A stretch of 64,000 bases of DNA, taken from the NCBI GenBank assembly GCA_964386905.1, contig CAYLUP010000002.1, forward strand, positions 522-64,521, read 5' to 3'. The notes beneath the pieces were generated by a model. That model searched no databases and was not told the DNA's origin. It saw only the letters and a program-made list of their open reading frames with translations. This document shows, piece by piece, positions 17,740 to 27,740 of the stretch. Position 1 is the first letter of the stretch. Every line of letters begins with the position of its first letter. A program made the translations under genes and the position numbers. The stretch comes from an uncultured Candidatus Saccharibacteria bacterium. Its GTDB lineage: Bacteria > Patescibacteriota > Minisyncoccia > Phycocordibacterales > UBA6899.

Positions 17740-19557
17740 GTGAAGTCGGTGTTCTTGAAAATACTGCCGATTCTTTTTCTCGTAGGAGCGTCCTCTGTCT
17801 TCTATGCTTTTTTCTATGCGGAAAAGGTTGGTGCACAGGTCTTTCGATTGTTTCCAGAATCGTGTGAGGGTGGATTTGATAATCCTGATCGTGCAGCAGG
17901 AGTGTACCAAGTGTCAACACTTGATCCGGATTTTATCACAACCGGAAATTCAGCGATTCTTTTTGATGGAAAATCAACACAAATGATCTGTCAGTCTTTC
18001 CGCGGAGATGTTCTGCCAAATACCCTTCCGAAGCAGATTGCAATAAAAATAGCCTGGAAGTACGGATATGACAAACAGGTTCTTCGTATGGAGGAAGAGG
18101 GTGTTGCTGTCTCTGCCAGTGGAACAACGGTATTTATCGAAGAAAGTGCACCGCTAGAGATCGCCCATGATATAGACACACCTATCGCTGATTCAACTGA
18201 ATCGGGTGTTGTGAACGCTTCTGAGGCAGTGGTTGGGGACACGGTTCGCATCCCAGAGGACCAGAATTCCACCCTTGATGATCCAGATCCTTCTTCTAGT
18301 GAAGGGGGGATACCTCCTCGTGAATCTCCAGTATTGAGTGAGGACAATGCTTCTCCTCTGCAAATAGAAGAAGCCACGCAGATAGTAGAGCCTGTTCCTG
18401 ACGTGTTGTCACCAACACAAGAACCCGCAGCTTTTGATGGCGCGATTCCACCCGCAGGAGAGTCTTCCCAAGAAGTATCTGCGCCCGCGCCAGAGCCTGC
18501 TCCGACTCCGACCCAGGAGGCCTCAAGCGTTTCTTCTCCTGACAGTGGTACAGTTTCTTTTTTAGAGTGGTTTATCGCGCGTGCATATGCAGAAGAGCTT
18601 GCTGTTGGTTCATCCCCCGAGTCTTCCTCTACTGCTCTTCTTGTGAAGACACCTCTCCCCGAAGATTCACAATCTCCTGTTGCTGATCAAGGGCAAATAG
18701 TAGACGCATCTCTTCTCACTTCTTCAACTTCTCCAGATACAGTCTTGGTGTCTTCATTGGATGAGGGTTCTTCTGCATCAGGAACCTTGTTATTCAATTC
18801 TGAGACAACGTTGATGGCATCATCAGCTTCATCTTCACTCACACAAGAGCCTGCCGTGTTCAACGAACAAGTGGTTCGGACATCTGGGCCAATAGAAGTG
18901 CTCTATTCCTTTGACGGTGACAGTTGGGAATCTGCCGGTTTTGCAGACCCGGAGAATTACCTGGAACATACATTTCCTCTCGTACTCGCGTCATCAACAA
19001 CGTGGGAAGAGCTTGCTTCTGTGCGTGTTGCAATTCGTACACATGCAGAAATAAATGATGTGCCACTTCTTATTCTTGTTGATGGCATGTGGCTTGAGGT
19101 TGCATATGAAGATACCGTTGACGATCCACACCCTATGCCGTCAGAATATCGAGGAGATGTTTTTCTTGGTTCTGTGACAAGCGACACAAAGACTGCACTT
19201 CTCGTTGAGAGACCGCTTCGCATTGGAACTACAACTGCATCTACAACAGAGTTGTGGCTCAGGGAAGGATTTGCGTCGAGTACGTCGTGGAAGTATGTTG
19301 CTGGAAGTGAACGAGTCGCCTCAACTACAAAAATATTTTTCCGAGAAGGACATATTGTCTGGATTGGCATCGATCGCGCACTCTGGGTTTTCAATCCATT
19401 AAGTGATGCTTTTGATTCGCTATCAATAGATCCGGTGGAGCCAACAGAGTATCTCTTGTCTGGACCTACTGGAGAAAAAACTGTTGTGTATGTAACGCAG
19501 CCGGATGATGTTGTTGCTTTTGTTGAATATGTGCCTGTTCCTCTCAATCTAGAATAA
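17740..19557 (+). CDS. Large acidic low-complexity surface protein
   Basis: N-terminal TM after GTG 17740; S/P/E-rich linker. Confidence 0.7.
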   Translation: MKSVFLKILPILFLVGASSVFYAFFYAEKVGAQVFRLFPESCEGGFDNPDRAAGVYQVSTLDPDFITTGNSAILFDGKSTQMICQSFRGDVLPNTLPKQIAIKIAWKYGYDKQVLRMEEEGVAVSASGTTVFIEESAPLEIAHDIDTPIADSTESGVVNASEAVVGDTVRIPEDQNSTLDDPDPSSSEGGIPPRESPVLSEDNASPLQIEEATQIVEPVPDVLSPTQEPAAFDGAIPPAGESSQEVSAPAPEPAPTPTQEASSVSSPDSGTVSFLEWFIARAYAEELAVGSSPESSSTALLVKTPLPEDSQSPVADQGQIVDASLLTSSTSPDTVLVSSLDEGSSASGTLLFNSETTLMASSASSSLTQEPAVFNEQVVRTSGPIEVLYSFDGDSWESAGFADPENYLEHTFPLVLASSTTWEELASVRVAIRTHAEINDVPLLILVDGMWLEVAYEDTVDDPHPMPSEYRGDVFLGSVTSDTKTALLVERPLRIGTTTASTTELWLREGFASSTSWKYVAGSERVASTTKIFFREGHIVWIGIDRALWVFNPLSDAFDSLSIDPVEPTEYLLSGPTGEKTVVYVTQPDDVVAFVEYVPVPLNLE

Positions 19558-19565
19558 TAGTACTT

Positions 19566-22500
19566 ATGTTTTTCCATTCATATCACTCGAAAAGAATACG
19601 TGCAGTATGGTCAACCATGCTTCTTTTTGGATTGTGTTGTGGAATACTGTACGCTCCTCATCTGCTCACTTTTTTTGCAGGAGGTAGCGAGGTTGCGATG
19701 AAAAAGGCAGAGGCATCATACCAGTTTGCCCCAACAGGGGGAGGCATTGTGATGGGCACAGCGCCCGCTGTACGTGCTGCAACAACCGCAGCGACCGAAG
19801 GGGTGAATGTGGGAGACTGGAAGGGTGCGAAGGCCGACGACAATTTGCACTTTGGTATCACCTCAACGGCATCCGGATATAATGCGTATCTTGATATTGG
19901 AAATGTTGAGTTGCATGGAGCAAACAAGTTCATTATAGAGACAGAGTTTGATCTCGACGCGACAATTCCTCAGACCCGCGTGCAAATTTGCGACTGGGTC
20001 TCGTCAACGGGCGTGGCGAATGCTGCTGATGCACAGTGTACTGGTGGCGGTTGGAGGAATTTGAATCTGAACGACACAGCCATAAATACTGCAACGTATG
20101 GAAGATATAGTTGGCATGTGTATGATGGGTATTGGAATAGTACTGCGACAACGAAAATTGCGACACCATTGTCAAATTTCGTGAACGGCTCCCAATCAAT
20201 TCGTGTTCGGTATTTTTCTACAACAAGTAGCGCTGCCTCTATTGTACACATTGATTATTTGCGTGTGTTTGCAGTGGTAAACCCCGTATATGCTCCTGCT
20301 GGGGTGACACAGATTTCAGGGGGAACGCCTCTTGGTGATTATTCTCTTGCCGCAATGGGCGGTATGGGCCAGACGGGATCGGATAACGCGTACTTTCGGG
20401 TTCCTGGCACCGTAGGTGCTCCGTCAGACTTCTACTATACCTTTGCAAACGTGAAGTATTTTGCTGGTGCAAACACAATTCTCTTTCGTGCGGAGCATTC
20501 CTGTTCTGGAACAAATGCAGGGGTGACATATCTTCCAAAGATTTTTAATTTTAACTCTCAGGTATGGGACGATCTAACGTCTACTCCTATTGCGTGCTCG
20601 ACGACAGACGCAACCAATGCATGGGCACGAAGTAATATTTCAATGGGGGACTATGTCAGTAATGGAGAAGTACGTGTCGGGTGGTATGCAACAACAAACA
20701 GTACATTGGAAATCCGCAATGACATCGCGTACATTATGATAGGAGCGGTCACAAATGGTACCAGCGAGATCACTTTTGGAACAAATGCTGGTGGCTCTGC
20801 GGCGAGCACACAAGACCTCGATATGACAGGTATCAGTAGTACATGGGACATTCAGTCTGTTGATGAATCAAACACGTTCAGTACGCCAATATATGCCTTT
20901 GATAATGATGCTGATGCAACCGTTGAGGAAGCATCGGCTGCAAATATCGATTTCTCTCTTCGTCCTCCTACGAACGCTGCGCTTGCGGGAATTTATTTTG
21001 CGGGAAGGTACCGCTCGGGAACTGCTGGGACCGTGAATCTTGGTGTCGCTGATATGGCTTCTCGAACGAATACACAAGGTGGCTGGACGCAGGTTGGTGC
21101 AAACGGAACAACGGCATTATTGTATTCCGATAACATCAGTGTGAGAGCGGTCACTTCAGGAGGGTCTGCTGGTCTGTATCTCAACCCAGAAGATTTTATT
21201 ATGGCAGAAACAGGGCGCATGAAGATGCGTTTGCGCACATCGACATCTGGTGCGACGACAAATAATTCTATTGCGCAATGGGATTTCGCGATGCTATCGC
21301 TTTCTTGGATTGAAGACATTGAGCATCGTTCTGGTGATTCATCATATACGCCATCGGGTGGTGGAATTGTGACTGGAACAGGCCCTGCTATTCTTGCTGC
21401 CACAGCAGCAAATACCGAAGGAACGAATCTTGGGAGTTGGCGTGCAACAAAAGCGGATGATAATTTTCATTTTGGTATTACGTCGACTGCATCAGGATAT
21501 AACGCATATATCGATTTTGATGATGTCTACCTCAATGGTGCGAATATTATGCACATCCAAACGGAGTTTGACCTTGACGCGACTGCTCCGCAGACCCGCG
21601 TGCAAATTTGCGATTGGGTCTCATCAACGGGTGTGGCGAATGCCGCTGATGCACAGTGTACTGGTGGAGGCTGGAGAAACGTAAGTCCGAATGATGCGCT
21701 GATTACTACAACAACACCAACTGCGTACCATTGGCAAATCTATGATGGATACTGGAACAGCACTGTAGTTGCAAAAATTTCAACTCCGTTAACAAATTTT
21801 GTGGATGGAAATAATACGGTCCGCATTCGATACTATTCCACAACAAGTAGTGCCGGTTCGATCGTCCATATTGACCACGCTCGCATTATGCCTGTTGTGA
21901 ATCCGGTGTATTCCGCATCTGGAGCAACACAGATTACTGGGGGGACTCCTCTCGGCGATTATTCTCTCACGGCTATTGGTGGTGCAGGGCAGACGGGGTC
22001 GGATAATGCATATTTTCGTGTTCCTGGAACCGCGGGTGCTGTTTCTGATTTTTACCTTTCATTTCAAAATGTAAAAACATACCCTGGGGCAAATGCAATC
22101 CTCGTACGTGCAGAGTATTCATGCTCTACGACTGGCATTTCCCATCGGCCTAAGATATATAACTTTAACTCGTCGAGCTGGGAGGATTTGACGACTGCTT
22201 CCATTGCATGTTCGACAACAGATGCTACGAATGCCTGGGCAAAAGGGAATGTGACAATTGCAAACTATATTTCGAATGGAGAAATTCGTATTGGATGGCG
22301 AGGACTGGCAAACGGAACACAGGAAATTCGTATTGATCTTGCATACGTGATGATTGGTACGGTGAACAACGGAACATCTTCAATAACCTTTGGAACGAAC
22401 TCCGCAGGAACTGCTGCAAATACTCAAACGCTTGATATGAATGGGACTGCGAGCACATGGAATATTGCTTCGGTTGATGAGTCGAATACTCTCGGTTTTG

Positions 22501-23426
22501 CAATAAACGCAAACGATAACGACAACGATGCGACTGTTGAAGAGGCTACGGCTGCTAATATGGACTTTACGTTGCGAGTACCAGAAAATGCATTCCCTAC
22601 AGGAGTATTTTTTGCAGGACGATATATGTCGGGGGTAGCGGGGACGGTAAATCTTGGTGTTGCAGACTATCGAGGAAAAACGAGTACCCAGGGGGGCTGG
22701 GTTCAGGTTGGTGCAAATGGAACAACTGCTCTGACCTATTCTGATAATATTACAATGGTGTCGGTTGCTTCGGGTGGCGCTGCTGGCTTGTGGACGAATC
22801 CGCGAGACTTAGTGAATGATACGGCGTCTACTATGAACATGCGCTTAAGAACATCTCTCTCTGGAGCAACAACAAATAATTCTGTTGCGCAGTGGGACTT
22901 CGCAATGCTGTCTTTGCAGTGGATAGAAACGCCTCCGCCACCATCGACGTTATCCTTTAGTATTTCAGATAACACGATTGGATTCGGAACACTCACTGCC
23001 GCACAAATGCGTTTCGCTTCAGGTGGTGGAGGGGGAAGTACATTGCAAATTTCCGCACATACTATTTCTGCCGCTTCAAATGCACCTGGTGGATACGTGG
23101 TAACGATTGATGGAGAGACGTTGACGTATGGGCCATATGAAATTTCTGCAGCAGGTGCAACTCCGATTATACCAACAGCTGGAATTGAGCAATTTGGTAT
23201 CAATGCAATAAAGACGTTCACGACAGGGTCTGGGTCTCCGCTCTACCCGTACTCTGCAGGTTTTGCTTTTGATATTGGGAATTTGCCGTCCCCAATTCTT
23301 GCAAACTATACAAACGACAACATTGAGGACACGTATGATATGTATTATTTGGCGAATATCTCTGCGGATACCGAAGCGGGAGAGTACGCTGCAGTGGTGA
23401 CATACACAGCAACAGCAACATTTTAA
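19566..23426 (+). CDS. Large secreted adhesin-like protein with ~540-aa tandem duplication and WxL/pilin-like C-terminal domain
   Basis: Signal peptide; T/G/S-rich; two repeats; C-terminus LSFSISDNTIGFG...EQFG...YLANIS..TEAGEY..TYTATATF. Confidence 0.8.
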   Translation: MFFHSYHSKRIRAVWSTMLLFGLCCGILYAPHLLTFFAGGSEVAMKKAEASYQFAPTGGGIVMGTAPAVRAATTAATEGVNVGDWKGAKADDNLHFGITSTASGYNAYLDIGNVELHGANKFIIETEFDLDATIPQTRVQICDWVSSTGVANAADAQCTGGGWRNLNLNDTAINTATYGRYSWHVYDGYWNSTATTKIATPLSNFVNGSQSIRVRYFSTTSSAASIVHIDYLRVFAVVNPVYAPAGVTQISGGTPLGDYSLAAMGGMGQTGSDNAYFRVPGTVGAPSDFYYTFANVKYFAGANTILFRAEHSCSGTNAGVTYLPKIFNFNSQVWDDLTSTPIACSTTDATNAWARSNISMGDYVSNGEVRVGWYATTNSTLEIRNDIAYIMIGAVTNGTSEITFGTNAGGSAASTQDLDMTGISSTWDIQSVDESNTFSTPIYAFDNDADATVEEASAANIDFSLRPPTNAALAGIYFAGRYRSGTAGTVNLGVADMASRTNTQGGWTQVGANGTTALLYSDNISVRAVTSGGSAGLYLNPEDFIMAETGRMKMRLRTSTSGATTNNSIAQWDFAMLSLSWIEDIEHRSGDSSYTPSGGGIVTGTGPAILAATAANTEGTNLGSWRATKADDNFHFGITSTASGYNAYIDFDDVYLNGANIMHIQTEFDLDATAPQTRVQICDWVSSTGVANAADAQCTGGGWRNVSPNDALITTTTPTAYHWQIYDGYWNSTVVAKISTPLTNFVDGNNTVRIRYYSTTSSAGSIVHIDHARIMPVVNPVYSASGATQITGGTPLGDYSLTAIGGAGQTGSDNAYFRVPGTAGAVSDFYLSFQNVKTYPGANAILVRAEYSCSTTGISHRPKIYNFNSSSWEDLTTASIACSTTDATNAWAKGNVTIANYISNGEIRIGWRGLANGTQEIRIDLAYVMIGTVNNGTSSITFGTNSAGTAANTQTLDMNGTASTWNIASVDESNTLGFAINANDNDNDATVEEATAANMDFTLRVPENAFPTGVFFAGRYMSGVAGTVNLGVADYRGKTSTQGGWVQVGANGTTALTYSDNITMVSVASGGAAGLWTNPRDLVNDTASTMNMRLRTSLSGATTNNSVAQWDFAMLSLQWIETPPPPSTLSFSISDNTIGFGTLTAAQMRFASGGGGGSTLQISAHTISAASNAPGGYVVTIDGETLTYGPYEISAAGATPIIPTAGIEQFGINAIKTFTTGSGSPLYPYSAGFAFDIGNLPSPILANYTNDNIEDTYDMYYLANISADTEAGEYAAVVTYTATATF
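19719..22928 (+). repeat. Intragenic tandem duplication (~19719-21314 and ~21339-22928)
   Basis: e.g. CAGACCCGCGTGCAAATTTGCGA at 19971 and 21591, offset 1620 nt. Confidence 0.92.
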
Positions 23427-23460
23427 TAACACGCCCGTTTGGGCGTGTTATGCTATATAT

Positions 23461-24510
23461 ATGATACACAGAATATGTTTTTGTTTCTCATTCTTCTTTT
23501 GTATGAGCATCGCATTTTTTGTTCCCGCTCAAACGCTTCTCGCTGCATCATTATTGCAGCTCTCTGACATGCTGTCTGCCCAACGCCCAAATGCTGAATC
23601 GAGTCATAGAATCCAGTTTCAAACTCCGACGGGTATTAATGCTCCTGGAGATACCATCGTCATCACCTTTCCTGCGGACTTTAATTTTACAGGCAAGGAT
23701 GCGACATTCGTAAATCTTTATCATGGTGCGACTGGCGGCGAAACAGAAGAGTATATTTCGACAACACCAACACTTGGATTTTGGGGCGCTGCTTTTTCTG
23801 GAACGCAGAATCGAGTGCTTACATTGACTCCTCCAGCTGATGGGGTGGGGCAAGCAGAGATTTTTGCGAATGAAATTGTCCGAGTAAGGTTAAATCCGAC
23901 TAACGCCCTTAATCCCTCGACTGCAGGAGACTATATCGTTGCCATCTCTGGCGGTTTTGGAGATACGGGAAGTATATTGGTCCCCATTATTAGTGATGAT
24001 CAGGTCTTCGTTTCTGCAACAGTTCCCCAAGCGCTTTCATTTTCAATTTCAGACAATAGTGTTGGTTTTGGTCCACTGTCTGCTTCTGTATCTCGTTATG
24101 CAACCGGAGATGGGACAGGGAGTGCTACTCCTGTCGTTGCGCATACAATAACCGCAAGCACCAATGCATCCGGTGGGTATAGTATTTCCCATGTGTCAGG
24201 GACGTTAACAAGCGGAGCGCATAGTATTGACGCCATTGGAGGAGTCCCATCAAGCCCAATTCCAGGATCAGAGCAGTTTGGAATTCGTGGAGACGCTGCG
24301 GGTGGAAAAGGAGTGATGTCAACACGGTATGGATCTGCTCAATATGCCCTCGATGCGAGTGGATTTCCAGATACTTTTGCTTATACTATGTTTGCAGGTC
24401 CAACTCCTGAGACAACGTATTCAATATATTATCTGGCAAATATTTCATCTGGTACCGAAGCAGGTGAATATGGTGCTCCTATAACCTATGTCGCAACTGC
24501 AATGTTTTGA
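23461..24510 (+). CDS. Secreted two-domain WxL/pilin-like protein, paralog 1
   Basis: Signal peptide; shared C-terminal domain ending YVATAMF. Confidence 0.75.
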   Translation: MIHRICFCFSFFFCMSIAFFVPAQTLLAASLLQLSDMLSAQRPNAESSHRIQFQTPTGINAPGDTIVITFPADFNFTGKDATFVNLYHGATGGETEEYISTTPTLGFWGAAFSGTQNRVLTLTPPADGVGQAEIFANEIVRVRLNPTNALNPSTAGDYIVAISGGFGDTGSILVPIISDDQVFVSATVPQALSFSISDNSVGFGPLSASVSRYATGDGTGSATPVVAHTITASTNASGGYSISHVSGTLTSGAHSIDAIGGVPSSPIPGSEQFGIRGDAAGGKGVMSTRYGSAQYALDASGFPDTFAYTMFAGPTPETTYSIYYLANISSGTEAGEYGAPITYVATAMF

Positions 24511-24604
24511 CATTATCCACATAGTGATGTGGATTTTATGTTATACTGAAATCAATAACATGTTCCATCATGTTGCGAGAAATTACTATACAATGTTCTT
24601 CTTT

Positions 24605-25648
24605 ATGATCAAAAAATATTCAGTATCTATCACGGCCCTTACACTTCTGGTGATTCTCTCTGGGTTACCGCAGTTTGTATTTGCTGCAGCACTCACAAAT
24701 CTTTCAGATACAATGTCTTCTGCAAAGATTAATACCGTATCGAGCCACGTCATTCGCTTTACAACGCCGACTGGTGCAAATGAAGCAACCGATACCATTA
24801 TCATTACTTTCCCAGCAGATTTTGATTTTACAGCAAAAGCTATTGGTTCAGTAACGTTTACACATGGCGCATCGACAGGCCTTGAAACAACTGAAACACT
24901 TGCCGCGGCTCCATCCGCTACTGCATGGGGGGCTGTCTTTTCGGGAACTGAAAATCGCATTTTAACACTCACAGCTCCAACAGATGGAACGGGAACTGCT
25001 GTTCTTGCCCCAGGAGATAAAGTTATTTTTACATACTCCAGCGCAAACTCTACAAATCCAAGTACTGCAAACTCCTACTCAGTTAGCATTGCGGGAACTT
25101 TTGGTGACACTGGTTCAATTTTGGTTAATGTTATCAATGATGACCAAGTTCTTGTTTCTGCAACTGTTCCACAATCACTGACCTTTAGTATCTCAGATAA
25201 CACAATTGGTTTTGGTTCATTAACTTCAGCATCGGCACGCTTCGCGACAGGTGATGCAAACGGGAGCGGAACAGAGACGGAAGCACATAATATTATTGTC
25301 GGAACGAATGCAGCAAATGGATACACGGTAAATCTTGCCGGTTCTACATTGACTTATGGTGGAAATACAATTACTGCGATTGGGGCAACAAACAGTGCAT
25401 CAACTCCAGGAAGCGAACAGTTTGGTTTGCGTATGAGTGCGTCTGGTGGGACTGGGGCAGTATCCGCACCATACGCAGCAGACGGATTCGCCTTTGACTC
25501 AGCGGCATTTCCTGATCAGATTGCATCTGCCGCGGGAGCATCTGCAAACACGACATACTCGGCACGCTATCTTGCAAACATCAGCCCATCGACTGAGGCT
25601 GGAGCGTATACTGCAACATTGACATATACTGCAACTGCAAACTTTTAA
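24605..25648 (+). CDS. Secreted two-domain WxL/pilin-like protein, paralog 2
   Basis: Signal peptide (VFA/AA); full-length paralog of 23461-24510; ends YTATANF. Confidence 0.75.
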   Translation: MIKKYSVSITALTLLVILSGLPQFVFAAALTNLSDTMSSAKINTVSSHVIRFTTPTGANEATDTIIITFPADFDFTAKAIGSVTFTHGASTGLETTETLAAAPSATAWGAVFSGTENRILTLTAPTDGTGTAVLAPGDKVIFTYSSANSTNPSTANSYSVSIAGTFGDTGSILVNVINDDQVLVSATVPQSLTFSISDNTIGFGSLTSASARFATGDANGSGTETEAHNIIVGTNAANGYTVNLAGSTLTYGGNTITAIGATNSASTPGSEQFGLRMSASGGTGAVSAPYAADGFAFDSAAFPDQIASAAGASANTTYSARYLANISPSTEAGAYTATLTYTATANF

Positions 25649-25669
25649 AACCGGCTATGGCCGGTTTTT
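25647..25669. terminator. Intrinsic terminator
   Basis: AAAACCGGC-TAT-GGCCGGTTTTT. Confidence 0.7.
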
Positions 25670-25712
25670 GCTATTGACTATTTATATAAGTAAGAGAAAA
25701 TAGAGATATCAT

Positions 25713-26696
25713 ATGAAGCACATATTTGCTCTTACCCTCATTATTACTCCACTCTTTTTTTGTGTGCCTAGCGCGGATGCGTTAACTGTTTCGCCTGCAA
25801 AACAAGAAGTTCGTGCGAATCCTGGACAGGTATTGAAAGGTGAAATCGAATTGTTTAATGAACAGAATGAGACGAAAACCTTTTATACCTCATTTGAGAA
25901 TTTTGAGTCACGAGGTGATTCAGGTGCACCATACTTTATTGGTGCACAGGGTGGCCTGGCAACATGGATGAAATCTGAGGAATCTGTCACAATCGCTCCT
26001 GGTGACCGCATGAAGGTGCCATACACGATTACGATTCCTCAATCCGCAAAACCGGGTGGGTATTTTGCTGCACAGTTTTTCGGGACTGAAAAACCAAAAA
26101 CAGGTGATGGAAACCTTGCCATTGGAGGAAAGATTGGCGTCCTCTTTTTGCTTCGTGTTAATGGTGACGTTGAGGAGGCGGCGGGCGTAACTGGCTTTAC
26201 TACTGAGCAGAATCAACGTTTCTTTGTCTCTACTCCAATCCGATTTGAATATTTTGTGAATAACACAGGTGGTGATCGCGTTGTTCCAAAAGGAACTGTT
26301 GTCATTCGAAATTCTTTTCGAATGACAACAGAGAAGATATCTGCAAATGACAAAGAGGGGAGTGTCTTACCAAATGGCTCAAGAACATTTCCGGTATGGT
26401 GGGGTGACCCAGCAGCTTCTCTCAATAATGTATGTGATTCCAAAGATGATACATGCGTTCAAGGTGGTGGATTTTTTAGCCGTGTTGCATATGAGTGGAA
26501 GAATTTTCACTTCGGATGGTACTCTGCAACACTTGATGTTGCTTGGGGGGAAAAAGGTTCAACGATGAATGATACAATCCATTTCTTTGTACTTCCATGG
26601 CATCTTCTCCTCGCTCTTGCTGTTATCGCACTCGTGCTTTGGGGCCTTTTGAAAAAATATAATGCGTATATTATCGCACGTGCTGCAAAACGATAA
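25713..26696 (+). CDS. DUF916/DUF3324-like (WxL-interacting, chaperone-like Ig) membrane-anchored protein
   Basis: LTVSPA..PG....I.LFN..W..VTIAPG..VPYTITIP..A.PGGY; NNTG; C-terminal FFVLPW TM with basic tail. Confidence 0.72.
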   Translation: MKHIFALTLIITPLFFCVPSADALTVSPAKQEVRANPGQVLKGEIELFNEQNETKTFYTSFENFESRGDSGAPYFIGAQGGLATWMKSEESVTIAPGDRMKVPYTITIPQSAKPGGYFAAQFFGTEKPKTGDGNLAIGGKIGVLFLLRVNGDVEEAAGVTGFTTEQNQRFFVSTPIRFEYFVNNTGGDRVVPKGTVVIRNSFRMTTEKISANDKEGSVLPNGSRTFPVWWGDPAASLNNVCDSKDDTCVQGGGFFSRVAYEWKNFHFGWYSATLDVAWGEKGSTMNDTIHFFVLPWHLLLALAVIALVLWGLLKKYNAYIIARAAKR

Positions 26697-27739
26697 TGTT
26701 CCTTCTTTATCGAAAATTTTCTTTTCGTGTCGCACTCGCCTTTGCGTTTTGTGTACCTCTCGCCGCACTTGCTGCCATTACCGTAGAAATTACGGCTACT
26801 GTCCCTGGGTGCGGCGATAGTGTTATTGGCGTTGGTGAGCAGTGCGACACAACAAATCTTGGGGGTGCGACATGCTCTACGCTTGGGTATGCCTCTGGCG
26901 TTTTGTCATGTTCCAGTGTGTGTACGTATGTTACAAGTGCATGCAGTGTGACGCCGGTAACGCCTCCGAGTGGTGGTGGTGGCGGCGGCGGATATTATGC
27001 TGTTCCAGCAACAAATATCGTCTTTTCCGGGAAAGCATATCCACGAAGTACGGTGACCATATTAAAAGATGCTCAAGTTGTTGCAACGACCATTGCCGAT
27101 GCACAGGCTGAATTCCAAACAACGATATCGGGTATTTCATCGGGAAATTATAATTTTAGTGTCTACTCAGAGGATGATCGCGGTGTGCGCTCCTCGCTTT
27201 TGTCTTTTCCTATAAGTGTGAGTTCTGGGGTGACAACAAAAATTGGAAATATCTTTATTGCGCCAACACTTTCGGCAGATAAAACTGAAGTTCGAAAGGG
27301 TGACGATATTGTATTGTTTGGAAGAACAACCCCAAATGCAGAGGTGTCTATCTCAGTTCATTCTTCAGTTGAGATGTTTTTCAAGCGACTCGCTGATGCA
27401 AGTGGTGCCTACCTTTTTCGTATTAATACACTCCCACTAGAGTATGGGGCACATGCAGCAAAAACAAAATCAGCGCGCGATGAGGAGCTGAGTTCCTTCT
27501 CGCAATCAGTTGGTTTTACTGTTGGAATAAAAAATATTGCATCTCTGTCGCAACCTGGCGTGCATCAGCAATGGTCAAAAGGTGATGTCAATAAGGATGG
27601 CCGTGTGAATCTTGTGGATCTTTCTATTGTGGCGTATTGGTATAAAAATGCGTCTTACCCAAAGCATCTTGATTTAAATGGAGATGGCCATGTGAATCTG
27701 GTCGACTTAAGTATCCTTATGTATTTTTGGACTGGCTAA
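26696..27739 (+). CDS. Secreted protein with Cys-rich repeat, Ig-like domains and C-terminal dockerin
   Basis: CGDSVIGVGEQCD..LGGATC; duplicated GDVNKDGRVNLVDLSI / DLNGDGHVNLVDLSI. Confidence 0.82.
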   Translation: MFLLYRKFSFRVALAFAFCVPLAALAAITVEITATVPGCGDSVIGVGEQCDTTNLGGATCSTLGYASGVLSCSSVCTYVTSACSVTPVTPPSGGGGGGGYYAVPATNIVFSGKAYPRSTVTILKDAQVVATTIADAQAEFQTTISGISSGNYNFSVYSEDDRGVRSSLLSFPISVSSGVTTKIGNIFIAPTLSADKTEVRKGDDIVLFGRTTPNAEVSISVHSSVEMFFKRLADASGAYLFRINTLPLEYGAHAAKTKSARDEELSSFSQSVGFTVGIKNIASLSQPGVHQQWSKGDVNKDGRVNLVDLSIVAYWYKNASYPKHLDLNGDGHVNLVDLSILMYFWTG

Positions 27740-27740
27740 T

